The notes under the pieces were generated by a model. It worked only from the letters and a program-made list of their open reading frames with translations, was not told the origin of the DNA and ran no database searches. The position numbers and the translations under genes were made by a program. Shown piece after piece: positions 8,889 to 17,679 of a stretch of 33,753 nucleotides of DNA (the first letter of the stretch is position 1; each line of letters starts with the position of its first letter). The DNA comes from a virus (lineage: Duplodnaviria; Heunggongvirae; Uroviricota; Caudoviricetes), in IMG/VR virus record IMGVR_UViG_2579778538_000002; one strand, given 5' to 3'.

Positions 8889-9170
8889 TCAGCAAGTGCG
8901 AAACCCCTTGCAGTTACGCAGGAAAGCGATGAGAAGCGTCTTTCCCTCAGATTTGCCGATGCCGGAGAACCAGTGGTCGGGAGGCTCCCATGCTTCAATC
9001 AAATCCGCCAGTTTGCGGGCCTTTGAACGTGTGCAGTCAATCGGGTCATTGGTTTTACGGGTATTAAAAAGGGTTTCCACCCCCGGAATATCAAGGAGGG
9101 TAAACCACGTACCATTTGACATGCCCAGTGCCGCACATCGTCCTCCTTTATCCGTCAGTTCAACACTCAC
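8889..9170 (-). CDS. hypothetical protein (93 aa), translationally coupled to the tail tube gene
   Basis: ORF begins with GTG 2 nt after the tube stop, with a GGGGG run 9-13 nt upstream; no recognisable motifs; could be spurious. Confidence 0.35.
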   Translation of the reverse strand: MSVELTDKGGRCAALGMSNGTWFTLLDIPGVETLFNTRKTNDPIDCTRSKARKLADLIEAWEPPDHWFSGIGKSEGKTLLIAFLRNCKGFRTC

Positions 9171-9172
9171 CG

Positions 9173-9694
9173 TCAGCCCCCGATATTGATACGGTAGTCA
9201 GTCAGTTGATCAACACCGCCGACCCGGAAGATGTTGGCCAGATAGTCCAGTTGCAGCAGCTCTTCACCATCCAGTACCTGTCTGATATACGTGCAGGTGA
9301 AGCTACTGGAGAACTCGGCGTTCTCGTGCTGTTTGAACGTCCCCAGCGGGTTCTTCTTGAACATAATCGTCAGGAAGGTGACCAGCGGGATTTCGTCAAT
9401 CAGCCCCTGCGAGCTGTAGCGCTGGACGCTGGAACGACACTGCAGTGCCAGCGACCTGTACGGGTTCGCGGCAGACAGCATCGCATCGCGGTAAAAGCTG
9501 TTCCATTTGATTTCGCCTTCCAGTTTGTCAAAACCAGCCGGGAGTTCCACCTTACCCACCATCCCCAGCGCCTTGTGTTCCTGCATAATCATGGAGACAT
9601 CGGGGAGTTTAACTTCCTCAGCCCGTCCCAGCAGGTTAGTACCATCCAGATAGATGTTGGCATTCGTGATGCGGTTTATCTCAATCTTTGACAT
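9173..9694 (-). CDS. tail tube protein (Mu gpM-like)
   Basis: 173 aa gene immediately after the sheath gene (stop/start overlap), the canonical sheath-tube order. Confidence 0.75.
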   Translation of the reverse strand: MSKIEINRITNANIYLDGTNLLGRAEEVKLPDVSMIMQEHKALGMVGKVELPAGFDKLEGEIKWNSFYRDAMLSAANPYRSLALQCRSSVQRYSSQGLIDEIPLVTFLTIMFKKNPLGTFKQHENAEFSSSFTCTYIRQVLDGEELLQLDYLANIFRVGGVDQLTDYRINIGG

Positions 9695-11121
9695 CAGTTG
9701 CCCCCTTTCAGGGTTAACAGGTATTCCGAGGTGATCTCAGTCTCAAACGTCAGTCGCTCCAGCGGCGGTGGTGGCGTATATTTGTAGCTCAGCAACAGGT
9801 GCCCGGCGGCCAGCTCCGTCTCCGGATTGCGGGCCGGATCAAACCAGCAACGGAAGCCCAGTACCGCACCATCACCAGTCATTTTGCGACCGTAGGCGTT
9901 GACCGACTCCGTCAGTGCATCAATCAGCGCCTGAGTAATCGGCATGTCGATGTACTGCTGGCTGAAATAACGAATGGACTCGTTGATCACATCACCGGTG
10001 CGGCGAACGTTCTCAAAGTTACGCATATGGGTGACCGTTGGCCATGCTGCCGTCCGGTTACCCCACAGACGAAGGCCGCTGCCGTAACTGCTGAATACCG
10101 TGGTGATCCCCTGTTCGTTAAGCAGGTTCACCTCACTCTGCGGGTCATCAATCATCGCGGACAGCTGGCGCTCCACGCCGGTGATCCCCAGAATCTCCTG
10201 ATTGGAGGATGACCACCAGTAGCCCTTGTCCAGATCGACTCTGGCACGCAGACCTGCTGCACGCTGGCTGAGCGGCTCCAGACGCTCTGTGTTTGTCACC
10301 GGGTCATATACCTTCACATGCGGATAGCACAGACGGACGCGGTCGGAGCTGGTATTGAAGTTGATGGTGCCTTCCGGGCCACGACCTGCCAGAGCCTGTG
10401 CAAAGGTGGTACCGACAGGCGCATCAATGTAGGTTACCGCGCCCAGCTTCTCTGCCATGGCGATAAGCTCAACTGCGACACTCTTCTGGGTGCAGAACAC
10501 CGGCGCAATCAGAATTTTGGCGAAATAGCCGTACAGGTTGAAGCTGTCGTTAAGCAGCTTCATGCCGGTTCGGTTTCCGGCGCTGTTCACCCCGCCGATG
10601 ATGTCCGCCGCAGTCACCTTCGACGGGTCCGCGTACTCATAGCTCACCTTCACGCTGCCACCGGCCTCAATAGCCTTGCCCAGGTTCGTGAGCACACCCG
10701 CCTGCGCATCAACACGGTAGTCCGTGTTCGCCGTGTGGGTGGTGCTGCCTTCACTGTTTTTCACCACCACATTAGCGACAACCGGATGCGCCAGTCTGGC
10801 CTGCCCTGTCGATTTGTCAAAGGTAACCACCTCATCCTCGATCGCCGTTTTATGTTTCGCCGGGTCGAGGACGTTAATGACCAGAACGGTGCCTGCACCA
10901 TGGTCATAAATCGCATCCAGCGCCTGCGGAATGGTAAAGCCGGTGAACTGGCTGCCAAATGCCGCTGCGTCTTTCTCAGACAGGCACTGTACCAGCGTAT
11001 TGACATCCCCCATCGGGGCGGTACCAATCAGGCCAATAACGGCAGATTTCACCGTTTTAACCGGGCGGGCACCGTTTTCCACCTCAATGGTTTCGGGACC
11101 ATGCAGATAGTTAGCTGCCAT
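9694..11121 (-). CDS. contractile tail sheath protein (Mu gpL-like)
   Basis: 475 aa, size and position of Mu L / P2 FI sheath proteins. Confidence 0.85.
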   Translation of the reverse strand: MAANYLHGPETIEVENGARPVKTVKSAVIGLIGTAPMGDVNTLVQCLSEKDAAAFGSQFTGFTIPQALDAIYDHGAGTVLVINVLDPAKHKTAIEDEVVTFDKSTGQARLAHPVVANVVVKNSEGSTTHTANTDYRVDAQAGVLTNLGKAIEAGGSVKVSYEYADPSKVTAADIIGGVNSAGNRTGMKLLNDSFNLYGYFAKILIAPVFCTQKSVAVELIAMAEKLGAVTYIDAPVGTTFAQALAGRGPEGTINFNTSSDRVRLCYPHVKVYDPVTNTERLEPLSQRAAGLRARVDLDKGYWWSSSNQEILGITGVERQLSAMIDDPQSEVNLLNEQGITTVFSSYGSGLRLWGNRTAAWPTVTHMRNFENVRRTGDVINESIRYFSQQYIDMPITQALIDALTESVNAYGRKMTGDGAVLGFRCWFDPARNPETELAAGHLLLSYKYTPPPPLERLTFETEITSEYLLTLKGGN

Positions 11122-11365
11122 GGGTGTCCTCCGTTTTCACTTCGCTGTCACTGCTGCTTCTGCGCTTTGGTGACTGCACAGCCGGTGTGCCGGCGGGTTT
11201 AGTCTCTTCAGGTACCGGCGTCAGATGTTTCAGCGCCACCAGTACCTTCACGTAGTCATGCTCCTCCGGCAGGGAAACCGTCTTCCCCGGCCAGAGCAGG
11301 ATTTCGGTTCCGTCCGACAGCGTGACGCCGCTGGCCGGGCCGGAATAGCGGTATTCTTTCATCAC
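11111..11365 (-). CDS. hypothetical small protein upstream of sheath gene
   Basis: 84 aa ORF overlapping both neighbours in the late operon; basic Ser-rich C-terminus. Confidence 0.45.
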   Translation of the reverse strand: MMKEYRYSGPASGVTLSDGTEILLWPGKTVSLPEEHDYVKVLVALKHLTPVPEETKPAGTPAVQSPKRRSSSDSEVKTEDTHGS

Positions 11366-11826
11366 TCGCTTTCCTCATAGTTCACTTCGGTTAACAGCGG
11401 GCCGGACGGTAAATCGCTGTCTTCGATAAAGACGCTTTCAGTCGCGAAGTCGAGGGCGTACTGCCACAGCCCCCTGACTTCACCGATAAACACCTCGCGG
11501 GTCAGCCAGATACGGCGGCGGCAGCCGGGCGGGGTGTGGCCACCGAGAATGCGGCGGACAGCATCCAGGACATTAATCGCCCCTTTTTTACCGTTGAGCT
11601 GGCGGAAGACCACCGTGACGCAGAGCTGGATAGTCTGAGACTGGATCACCGCACCGGTATCATCCGGCCTGTCAAAGCGCGAACCGGCATAGCTCAACAG
11701 CAACGCGCCAACCGGATGGTTCAGGCGATATTCAGCCGGTTTCTCCGGGAAGTACTCCACCTGCAGTTGCGGCAGCTTCTCGCGTAACCGGGCCAGTACC
11801 GCATCAAGGACGGGCAGAACGTTCAT
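11362..11826 (-). CDS. head-tail joining / tail completion protein (Mu gp37-like)
   Basis: 154 aa; position between connector-like gene and sheath. Confidence 0.5.
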   Translation of the reverse strand: MNVLPVLDAVLARLREKLPQLQVEYFPEKPAEYRLNHPVGALLLSYAGSRFDRPDDTGAVIQSQTIQLCVTVVFRQLNGKKGAINVLDAVRRILGGHTPPGCRRRIWLTREVFIGEVRGLWQYALDFATESVFIEDSDLPSGPLLTEVNYEESE

Positions 11827-12272
11827 CAGTATTTCTCCAGTAAACCGTCACGACCGCCGAAAGTGGCCGGGCGACTGCGTACACGAAACTCGCCAGGCTC
11901 AGGCACATCTTTCTGAGTGGACGGCAGCCCCAGCGTGAGCCTGTTATCACGTAACTCCCTGAGTTGCCGCAGCGCTTCTTTGTGGTCATCCTTCACCGTA
12001 TCCGGGAGGTCACCTTCCGGGCGGCGGGCGTAGAGCCGGTAACGGACCAGCGTGATGGCAATGTCCCGCAGAACAGTCGGTATCTCTGCCAGTGGCAGGA
12101 TATAGCGTCCGCGCAGATGGGCATCAATCAGCTCGTCGGCATAGCGGATACAGCTGTCCACCACACGGGTATTCACTGTTGCAGGTGAGTCGAAGTCCAT
12201 CTCTTCACTGGTGAGCTCGATAAGCGTCCGCTCCGGCACCTGCGCAAGCAAATCCTCCAGGGTGCAGTACAT
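11826..12272 (-). CDS. head-tail connector-like protein (Mu gp36-like)
   Basis: Track ORF 11826-12434; start moved to internal ATG at 12272 (MYCTLEDLLAQ...), 1 nt after the upstream stop; 149 aa. Confidence 0.5.
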   Translation of the reverse strand: MYCTLEDLLAQVPERTLIELTSEEMDFDSPATVNTRVVDSCIRYADELIDAHLRGRYILPLAEIPTVLRDIAITLVRYRLYARRPEGDLPDTVKDDHKEALRQLRELRDNRLTLGLPSTQKDVPEPGEFRVRSRPATFGGRDGLLEKY

Positions 12273-12273
12273 G

Positions 12274-12612
12274 TCACACCCCGCGCAGGATACGAATGAC
12301 GTCGCCTTCACCCCCGGCTTCATCAAGTGCAATACCACAGGATTTACCGTCGCCGGACTGCGGCACGGCTCTGGCCTGAGCATCTGACTGAACAGCCACA
12401 CCACGGCTGACAGCGGCCCCGGCCTCGACAGCAATAATGCCCAGAACGCTCACCGGCGTGCTGTCGCCGGTAACAGCATCCACTTCGGCAACCCCGAGCG
12501 CTGCGGCACCGGCTTTACAGGGGGTATTATCTGCCCCGACAAAACGCTGCTGTGCCAGTGCTGCCCCTGCCGTTACGGTTGTGATCAGAATGACCTGCTG
12601 AGTGGTTCCCAT
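12274..12612 (-). CDS. putative head decoration/cement protein (Gly/Ala-rich, DUF2190-like)
   Basis: 112 aa Gly/Ala/Val-rich protein immediately downstream of the major capsid gene. Confidence 0.45.
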   Translation of the reverse strand: MGTTQQVILITTVTAGAALAQQRFVGADNTPCKAGAAALGVAEVDAVTGDSTPVSVLGIIAVEAGAAVSRGVAVQSDAQARAVPQSGDGKSCGIALDEAGGEGDVIRILRGV

Positions 12613-12621
12613 AACGCCTCC

Positions 12622-13575
12622 TTATTTACTGATACCGGTAATGAGATACCCGGCATCGCCACCAACCACGGCGACTTTGTAGATATCGGTATAACGGCAG
12701 TACTTCACCTTGCCACCGGCTCCGTCGTATTTGTCGGCAACAGGCATCCCCTTACGACGCAGGGTGTAGCCGAAGGACGGCTCGTTCTCGTCCGCGCTGT
12801 CCGCCCCCGGCTGCGGTTTGCCGACATAGTGCAGCATCAGATTGTCTCCCCAGATATCCGCCGGCACGCTGTTCTTATCCATTGCCGCTTTCATGGACGG
12901 CAGGGAGACTGGGGCACCGATGACGATCTCTTCGATCTGAAAGAGGTCCTGCAGGATTTCTGTGGTGATGCGCTTGCGTTCGTTGGCTCCGATGGCGGCC
13001 TGAATCGCCGGGTGGAACTTCAGCAGCGCCATCACGCCGGCCCCCATGGTCATCAGGTTAGGACGCAGCCCCGTGGCCGTACGGACCGCTTCCATACCGG
13101 CTTCAATCACCCCGATGGGGTCCCCCTTACCACCGGCCCAGCGATCACTGGCTGTCAGTTTTTTGACGTGCCCGGTACGGTAGACCTTTTCATCCTGAGC
13201 CAGACGGGCAGCGATAAGTTCACGGCGCAGGTTCACGCCATTCGTGGCGCGACGGATGGCCTTGCTCTCTTCGTTAAACATGGACTCCGCCTGCTCGCGA
13301 TAGTCCACCGGCGCAGCCAGATCGTGTTCACCCAGCACCAGGTCCAGCGTGCCTGTTTTTTCACGGACCAGAACATTGCTGTCCGCCCCGACGGCACGCT
13401 CGGTGTCATATTCCACAAAGGCGGTTTTCCCGAAGGTCGGTACACGCACGCCTTCCTTGTCCGTCAGCACGACGGGGAAAATACGTTCGCCGATGAATGC
13501 GGCATTTTTATAGCCACGGGCGATACTGGTCAGTACCGGATCAACGACACGTTTACCTTTTAAGTAATCAGACAT
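12622..13575 (-). CDS. major capsid protein (Mu gpT-like)
   Basis: 317 aa, directly after the protease/scaffold gene; size and position of Mu T. Confidence 0.8.
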   Translation of the reverse strand: MSDYLKGKRVVDPVLTSIARGYKNAAFIGERIFPVVLTDKEGVRVPTFGKTAFVEYDTERAVGADSNVLVREKTGTLDLVLGEHDLAAPVDYREQAESMFNEESKAIRRATNGVNLRRELIAARLAQDEKVYRTGHVKKLTASDRWAGGKGDPIGVIEAGMEAVRTATGLRPNLMTMGAGVMALLKFHPAIQAAIGANERKRITTEILQDLFQIEEIVIGAPVSLPSMKAAMDKNSVPADIWGDNLMLHYVGKPQPGADSADENEPSFGYTLRRKGMPVADKYDGAGGKVKYCRYTDIYKVAVVGGDAGYLITGISK

Positions 13576-13589
13576 GCTCTCTCCTTAAA

Positions 13590-14705
13590 TTACAGGCAGC
13601 GTGCGACAGCAGCCTCATAGCTGATGCCTTCTTTTTTGGACAGGGCCACTGCTTTCTGATGCAGGGCCAGACGCTCAGGATCGGCTTCCGCAAACTCTGC
13701 CACATCCACCTTCACCGTGTCGCCGACACGCTCTTTTGTGGCCTGTTCGGCGAAATTCATCACCGGCTCCCCGTCGGAGAGCAATGAACGAAAGGCGGTG
13801 GCCAGCGGTGTGCGGCTTTCCCCCTCAGCAAACTCCACCGGCTTGTCGCCACCGGCGACGGCATCCAGCAGGGCAACCACCACGGAGGAGGCGCGGGGAG
13901 CCAGACGGCCCTCTGCGACCAGTTTTTCTGCAAAGGCCACATTGTCCTTATGCAGTTGCTCCTGTCTGACCTGTGCATCACGCGCATCGCGATCAGCAGC
14001 CTGCTGCTTCAGGCGGCGGTTCTCCTCCTGAAGGGCTTCAATCTCTTCTTTTGTCATCGATGATTCCTCGTTACTTGCGGAAGACGGCCCCGGGCCTGTC
14101 TCACTGAATTGTGCACCTGCTGCATCCTGCGACAGTGTGTCGCGGTACGCCTCTTCGCGCAGACTGTTGAGCTGCCATTCCGGCAGGACTTTTTCTGCCT
14201 CGTCCAGACTGAAGCGGGCGATCAGAAAATCGCGCAGCTTTCCCCACAGGGAGGCATTCGTGATGGCCTGCCAGTCGGCGAACTCCACCACACCTTCTTC
14301 CTGCTCACTGAAGGACACCTGTTTCAGCCCCTTGACGGAAGGTGGCTGTGCCCCGAGAAAGCCCACATGGCGAAGGTAGAGCACGCCGGGCTTCGGATTG
14401 GACGGTGAATCCGGGAGGTAGAAAGAGGCGGACACTTTTTTGAATCGTCCGTCGGTGACCATCTCAGCAAACTGCGGGTCCAGCTGGGCAGGCTCTGCCA
14501 TCAGATCGACGCCGCTGAGCGACAGGGCTTTCACCCAGCCCCACGCCGGGTCTTCCGTTCTGGGATGACCAATCACGAGTGGTGCTTCATGGACGGACGG
14601 GTCATAGGCTTTCACGCAGGCGGCAAGATCGTCTGGCGTGAACGGCAGTTTTTTGCCGTGCATATCGGTATGAGTACCGGCTTTAAAAATGTGAATGGCT
14701 GACAT
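13590..14705 (-). CDS. head maturation protease/scaffold protein (Mu gpI-like)
   Basis: 371 aa; N-terminal protease-like half, acidic coiled-coil region (EEIEALQEENRRLKQQAADRDARDAQ), C-terminal scaffold-like half, as in Mu I/Z. Confidence 0.8.
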   Translation of the reverse strand: MSAIHIFKAGTHTDMHGKKLPFTPDDLAACVKAYDPSVHEAPLVIGHPRTEDPAWGWVKALSLSGVDLMAEPAQLDPQFAEMVTDGRFKKVSASFYLPDSPSNPKPGVLYLRHVGFLGAQPPSVKGLKQVSFSEQEEGVVEFADWQAITNASLWGKLRDFLIARFSLDEAEKVLPEWQLNSLREEAYRDTLSQDAAGAQFSETGPGPSSASNEESSMTKEEIEALQEENRRLKQQAADRDARDAQVRQEQLHKDNVAFAEKLVAEGRLAPRASSVVVALLDAVAGGDKPVEFAEGESRTPLATAFRSLLSDGEPVMNFAEQATKERVGDTVKVDVAEFAEADPERLALHQKAVALSKKEGISYEAAVARCL

Positions 14706-14729
14706 TTTGCTGTCCCGCGTTATGTTGTC

Positions 14730-14768
14730 GGAGACAGTTTGTGAGAAATGCAGGCCCGGCGATTTTAA
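14730..14768 (-). promoter_or_regulatory. candidate activator-dependent late promoter upstream of gene I (tripartite motif shared with the holin upstream region)
   Basis: Minus strand reads TTAAAATC-N7-CTGCATTT-N8-CTGTCTCC; the outer elements have the same 23-nt spacing as upstream of the holin gene. Lies in the 214-bp gap between G and I, where Mu has the C-dependent P_I promoter. Confidence 0.4.
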
Positions 14769-14919
14769 TCTGCTTTAGAAAACATCAGGGGAGAAGGACA
14801 GGGAAAGCAATGCGGTGAACCGGAGGCGGTTATAAAACAGAGGCTGTAAAGCCTTTATAAAGGTAATACAGCCCCTCATTCGCTGGCAATGATAAATCAC
14901 CCGCCTGAAGAGAGAAAAC

Positions 14920-15378
14920 TCAGCGACGGGCCGCTGATTCAAGATGGCGGACAATGGTATCGAGGATGGGGATTACCACTTCAGGCTGTAGTTCTCCATC
15001 CCCCGTCACCGGCAGGAACGGGCGGGCCGGAAGTTCAACAGACTCATTACGCCCCGTTTTACCCCCGAACTGGTGAATGGCACCGTAAACAACGTTGGTC
15101 CCCACAACAGCCTGCCGGTCGTCATGGTCGGTTGATACTGACCCCATCAGACGCCCGGTATCCTGCAGTGTCTGCCCGTCACGTTCTTCCGCTGCCAGCG
15201 AGGGCATCCACCCCGGACGCCCCTCATCAAGAAAGTTAAACTGTGTTTCCGCCAGCAGGGTTCCGGCGATTTTGCGCATCGCGGGCTCCAGGTCTGTGGC
15301 AGCAAGATCCAGCGCACGGAGGCTCCGGCGCAGGGACTTATCGTTAATGGTGATACTGACCAGGTTATCGGAAGCCAT
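14920..15378 (-). CDS. virion morphogenesis protein (Mu gpG-like)
   Basis: 152 aa, downstream of the F-like gene; size and order as Mu G. Confidence 0.7.
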   Translation of the reverse strand: MASDNLVSITINDKSLRRSLRALDLAATDLEPAMRKIAGTLLAETQFNFLDEGRPGWMPSLAAEERDGQTLQDTGRLMGSVSTDHDDRQAVVGTNVVYGAIHQFGGKTGRNESVELPARPFLPVTGDGELQPEVVIPILDTIVRHLESAARR

Positions 15379-15380
15379 TG

Positions 15381-16202
15381 TTATCCTCTCAGTTCCTGTT
15401 GTGCCAGTGGCTGAAGCGTACCCTGATAGCGGGCCAGGTCGGGACGGTATGCTGCCCCCGGAGCATAAGACCAGCCGACGTCGGTGGTCACCTTCGTGGT
15501 GCCGGTATTAAAGGTGGCCACGTTCCGCATTTCGCCGGTTTTCTCTGAGACCAGTTTCAGTTCCTGGCCCATGGCAGAGCCGGAGCTGATAACCTTCAGG
15601 CCACGGGCACGTACATCCGCCGCACTCAGGGCAATAACACTACAGCGGCAGCGCCAGCCGTTCGGCGGGTAAAATGCCTGCCAGAACGGGTCATCCCAGC
15701 GCAGCACCAGACCATGCAGCGCCAGATGGCTCCTGCGGGTATGGCTGTCGTTGATGCCGGTATACATCCAGTACGGCCTGTCGTCGACGTTTTCCATCTG
15801 TTCCGCCCAACGACCGGCGCTGTAGAGTACGGACATATTGGTGCGAAAGATGGTATCGAGCCGCCACGGACTGCCCTGCTGAATGGTGACCGGCTCACCC
15901 GTTACCGGGTCAGTCGTGTCACGTGGTCCCCACCATCCCTTACGCTTCAGCACCGGCTCCAGCTCCTGCCGGAACCAGCGATCGGTTTTTCCTTCATCGA
16001 CAGCCTGCTGCAGTGCCCCGCGAATATCTTCCAGGATATCCAGGCGGGTCACTTTAGCAACGGTAAAGGCGCGGGCATGGGCCTCCTGCCACATTTCTTC
16101 CCAGTCCCAGGTAATCTGATATCCTTTGGACTTCAGGTAGTTGATTGCCCGCTTCGGGGGAAGCGTCATGCAGTACGCCAGTTCAGCCGTTGTCACGCTC
16201 AT
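15381..16202 (-). CDS. head morphogenesis protein, Mu F-like
   Basis: Contains GWRCRC and a conserved aromatic region typical of Mu F / SPP1 gp7-family proteins; start moved to ATG at 16202 (GGGGA Shine-Dalgarno), overlapping the portal 3' end. Confidence 0.7.
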   Translation of the reverse strand: MSVTTAELAYCMTLPPKRAINYLKSKGYQITWDWEEMWQEAHARAFTVAKVTRLDILEDIRGALQQAVDEGKTDRWFRQELEPVLKRKGWWGPRDTTDPVTGEPVTIQQGSPWRLDTIFRTNMSVLYSAGRWAEQMENVDDRPYWMYTGINDSHTRRSHLALHGLVLRWDDPFWQAFYPPNGWRCRCSVIALSAADVRARGLKVISSGSAMGQELKLVSEKTGEMRNVATFNTGTTKVTTDVGWSYAPGAAYRPDLARYQGTLQPLAQQELRG

Positions 16203-17679
16203 GCAGACGTCCCCGGATATTTGCCACAAAGAGAATGCGGGCCAGCCGCTCCTGCAGATCGTCCGTGTTCATCTGAGGGTAGAGCTCCGCCAGTTCGCCC
16301 AGCAGCTCAGACGGGTTAACCCCGTTTTCGACCCGCCTGAACAGAGGTGCCAGGACGGGTTCCAGCGTGCCATTTAACGCGCCTCCGTTCATCAGAATGT
16401 CCAGCGCGTCGTCAAGCTGCTGCTGAGCCTGAATATCAGCATCAATCGCCTCGGCAAATGACAGCGGCAGCATGTTATTCTGGCGTTCCGACGGTGGTGT
16501 CTCGTCAATATCGCCGTCCTGCAGTTGGTACTCACGCTTGAAGTACTGCGGGGTCAGACGCAGACCCGCCCGGGTGAGTTTTTCGTCGCGGGTGGCACGG
16601 GTGTCATCAATGGCCTCCTGTTCCCACATGGCCCAGACCGGACACGGCACATCGCCGAAGTTCAGGGTGACCACCGTTCTGATGACCTGATTCACTGCCG
16701 CCTGAATGATGTCCGCATCCGCATCGCGGATATCAGCCGTTACCTCCAGCCCGGCCTGTGCAGAGGCCTTGTTACTGTTCGCTTCCGTGGTCTGATTCTG
16801 ACCGAGTAATGCAATGGAGATCTCACTGCGTGACAGTGTGATCAGCTCGCGAAATACCTCGCTGCTGTCTGCCTTGCCATCCGCTGCCCTGAGCTCAATA
16901 CTGCTGTCATCGGGGATGGCGGCCACCGCGTCCTCCACCATCTGCTCCATGGAGTCCAGCAGTTTTTCAATCTCTGCATCATTTGCGCCCCTCGGGTGCT
17001 TACCGATCACCCACGGGGAGCCAAACTTTTCGGCAAAGCGGAGCCAGAATTTCATCCCGCCTTTCTTGAAGGCGACCGGCCAGAAGCACATGGACAGGTC
17101 CGGGAAACCGTAAGGATTGTCATACGAGGCATCCTGTGCCGGCACCACGAATTTTGACGGTGACAGCAGCTCACCCTCCACACCCGCATCACGCGCCCGA
17201 AAGCGCAGGCAGTTGTCCGTATCAAACTGAAACCACTCAGGCGGTTTGCCGACAATATCCGTCACCGCCCACGACCTGACCGAACGGCCCCACATGATTT
17301 CACAGGGCTGATACCCGTAGAGCACGGCATCGCTCATTTCACCGATGATGCGGGACAGATCCAGATCGTCGAGCATGTCGCGGATGAAACGGAAGACCCG
17401 GGCAGAGGCGTGACCACGCTCCAGTCCACGCTCCAGCGATTTGAGCGCTGCTTTACGTCTGCGGATACAGCCCCCGACCAGCGGGTCGGTGCGCAGTTCG
17501 CGGTAGATACGGATATCCCGTCCCTGAGCCTTGAGAATGGGATCAGGATTGGGCAGATACATGCCCAGTCCGTAAAAGTCGATCGCGCGGCTGCGGGAGG
17601 CAATCTGCGCGGTCAGTGATTTCTGAGGCTCAGAAAAAGCAACAAATTCATCGGGTGAAACCCAGATACCCCTCGCCAT
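16183..17679 (-). CDS. portal protein (Mu gp29-like)
   Basis: 498 aa; start overlaps terminase stop (ATGA); terminase-portal-F order. Confidence 0.8.
   Translation of the reverse strand: MARGIWVSPDEFVAFSEPQKSLTAQIASRSRAIDFYGLGMYLPNPDPILKAQGRDIRIYRELRTDPLVGGCIRRRKAALKSLERGLERGHASARVFRFIRDMLDDLDLSRIIGEMSDAVLYGYQPCEIMWGRSVRSWAVTDIVGKPPEWFQFDTDNCLRFRARDAGVEGELLSPSKFVVPAQDASYDNPYGFPDLSMCFWPVAFKKGGMKFWLRFAEKFGSPWVIGKHPRGANDAEIEKLLDSMEQMVEDAVAAIPDDSSIELRAADGKADSSEVFRELITLSRSEISIALLGQNQTTEANSNKASAQAGLEVTADIRDADADIIQAAVNQVIRTVVTLNFGDVPCPVWAMWEQEAIDDTRATRDEKLTRAGLRLTPQYFKREYQLQDGDIDETPPSERQNNMLPLSFAEAIDADIQAQQQLDDALDILMNGGALNGTLEPVLAPLFRRVENGVNPSELLGELAELYPQMNTDDLQERLARILFVANIRGRLHERDNG

Noticed and set aside
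14889-15511. Plus-strand ORFs 14889-15239 and 15095-15511 across the gpG region
   Set aside because: Antisense to the gpG-like and F-like genes, Pro/Arg/Ser-rich translations, no RBS; shadow ORFs.
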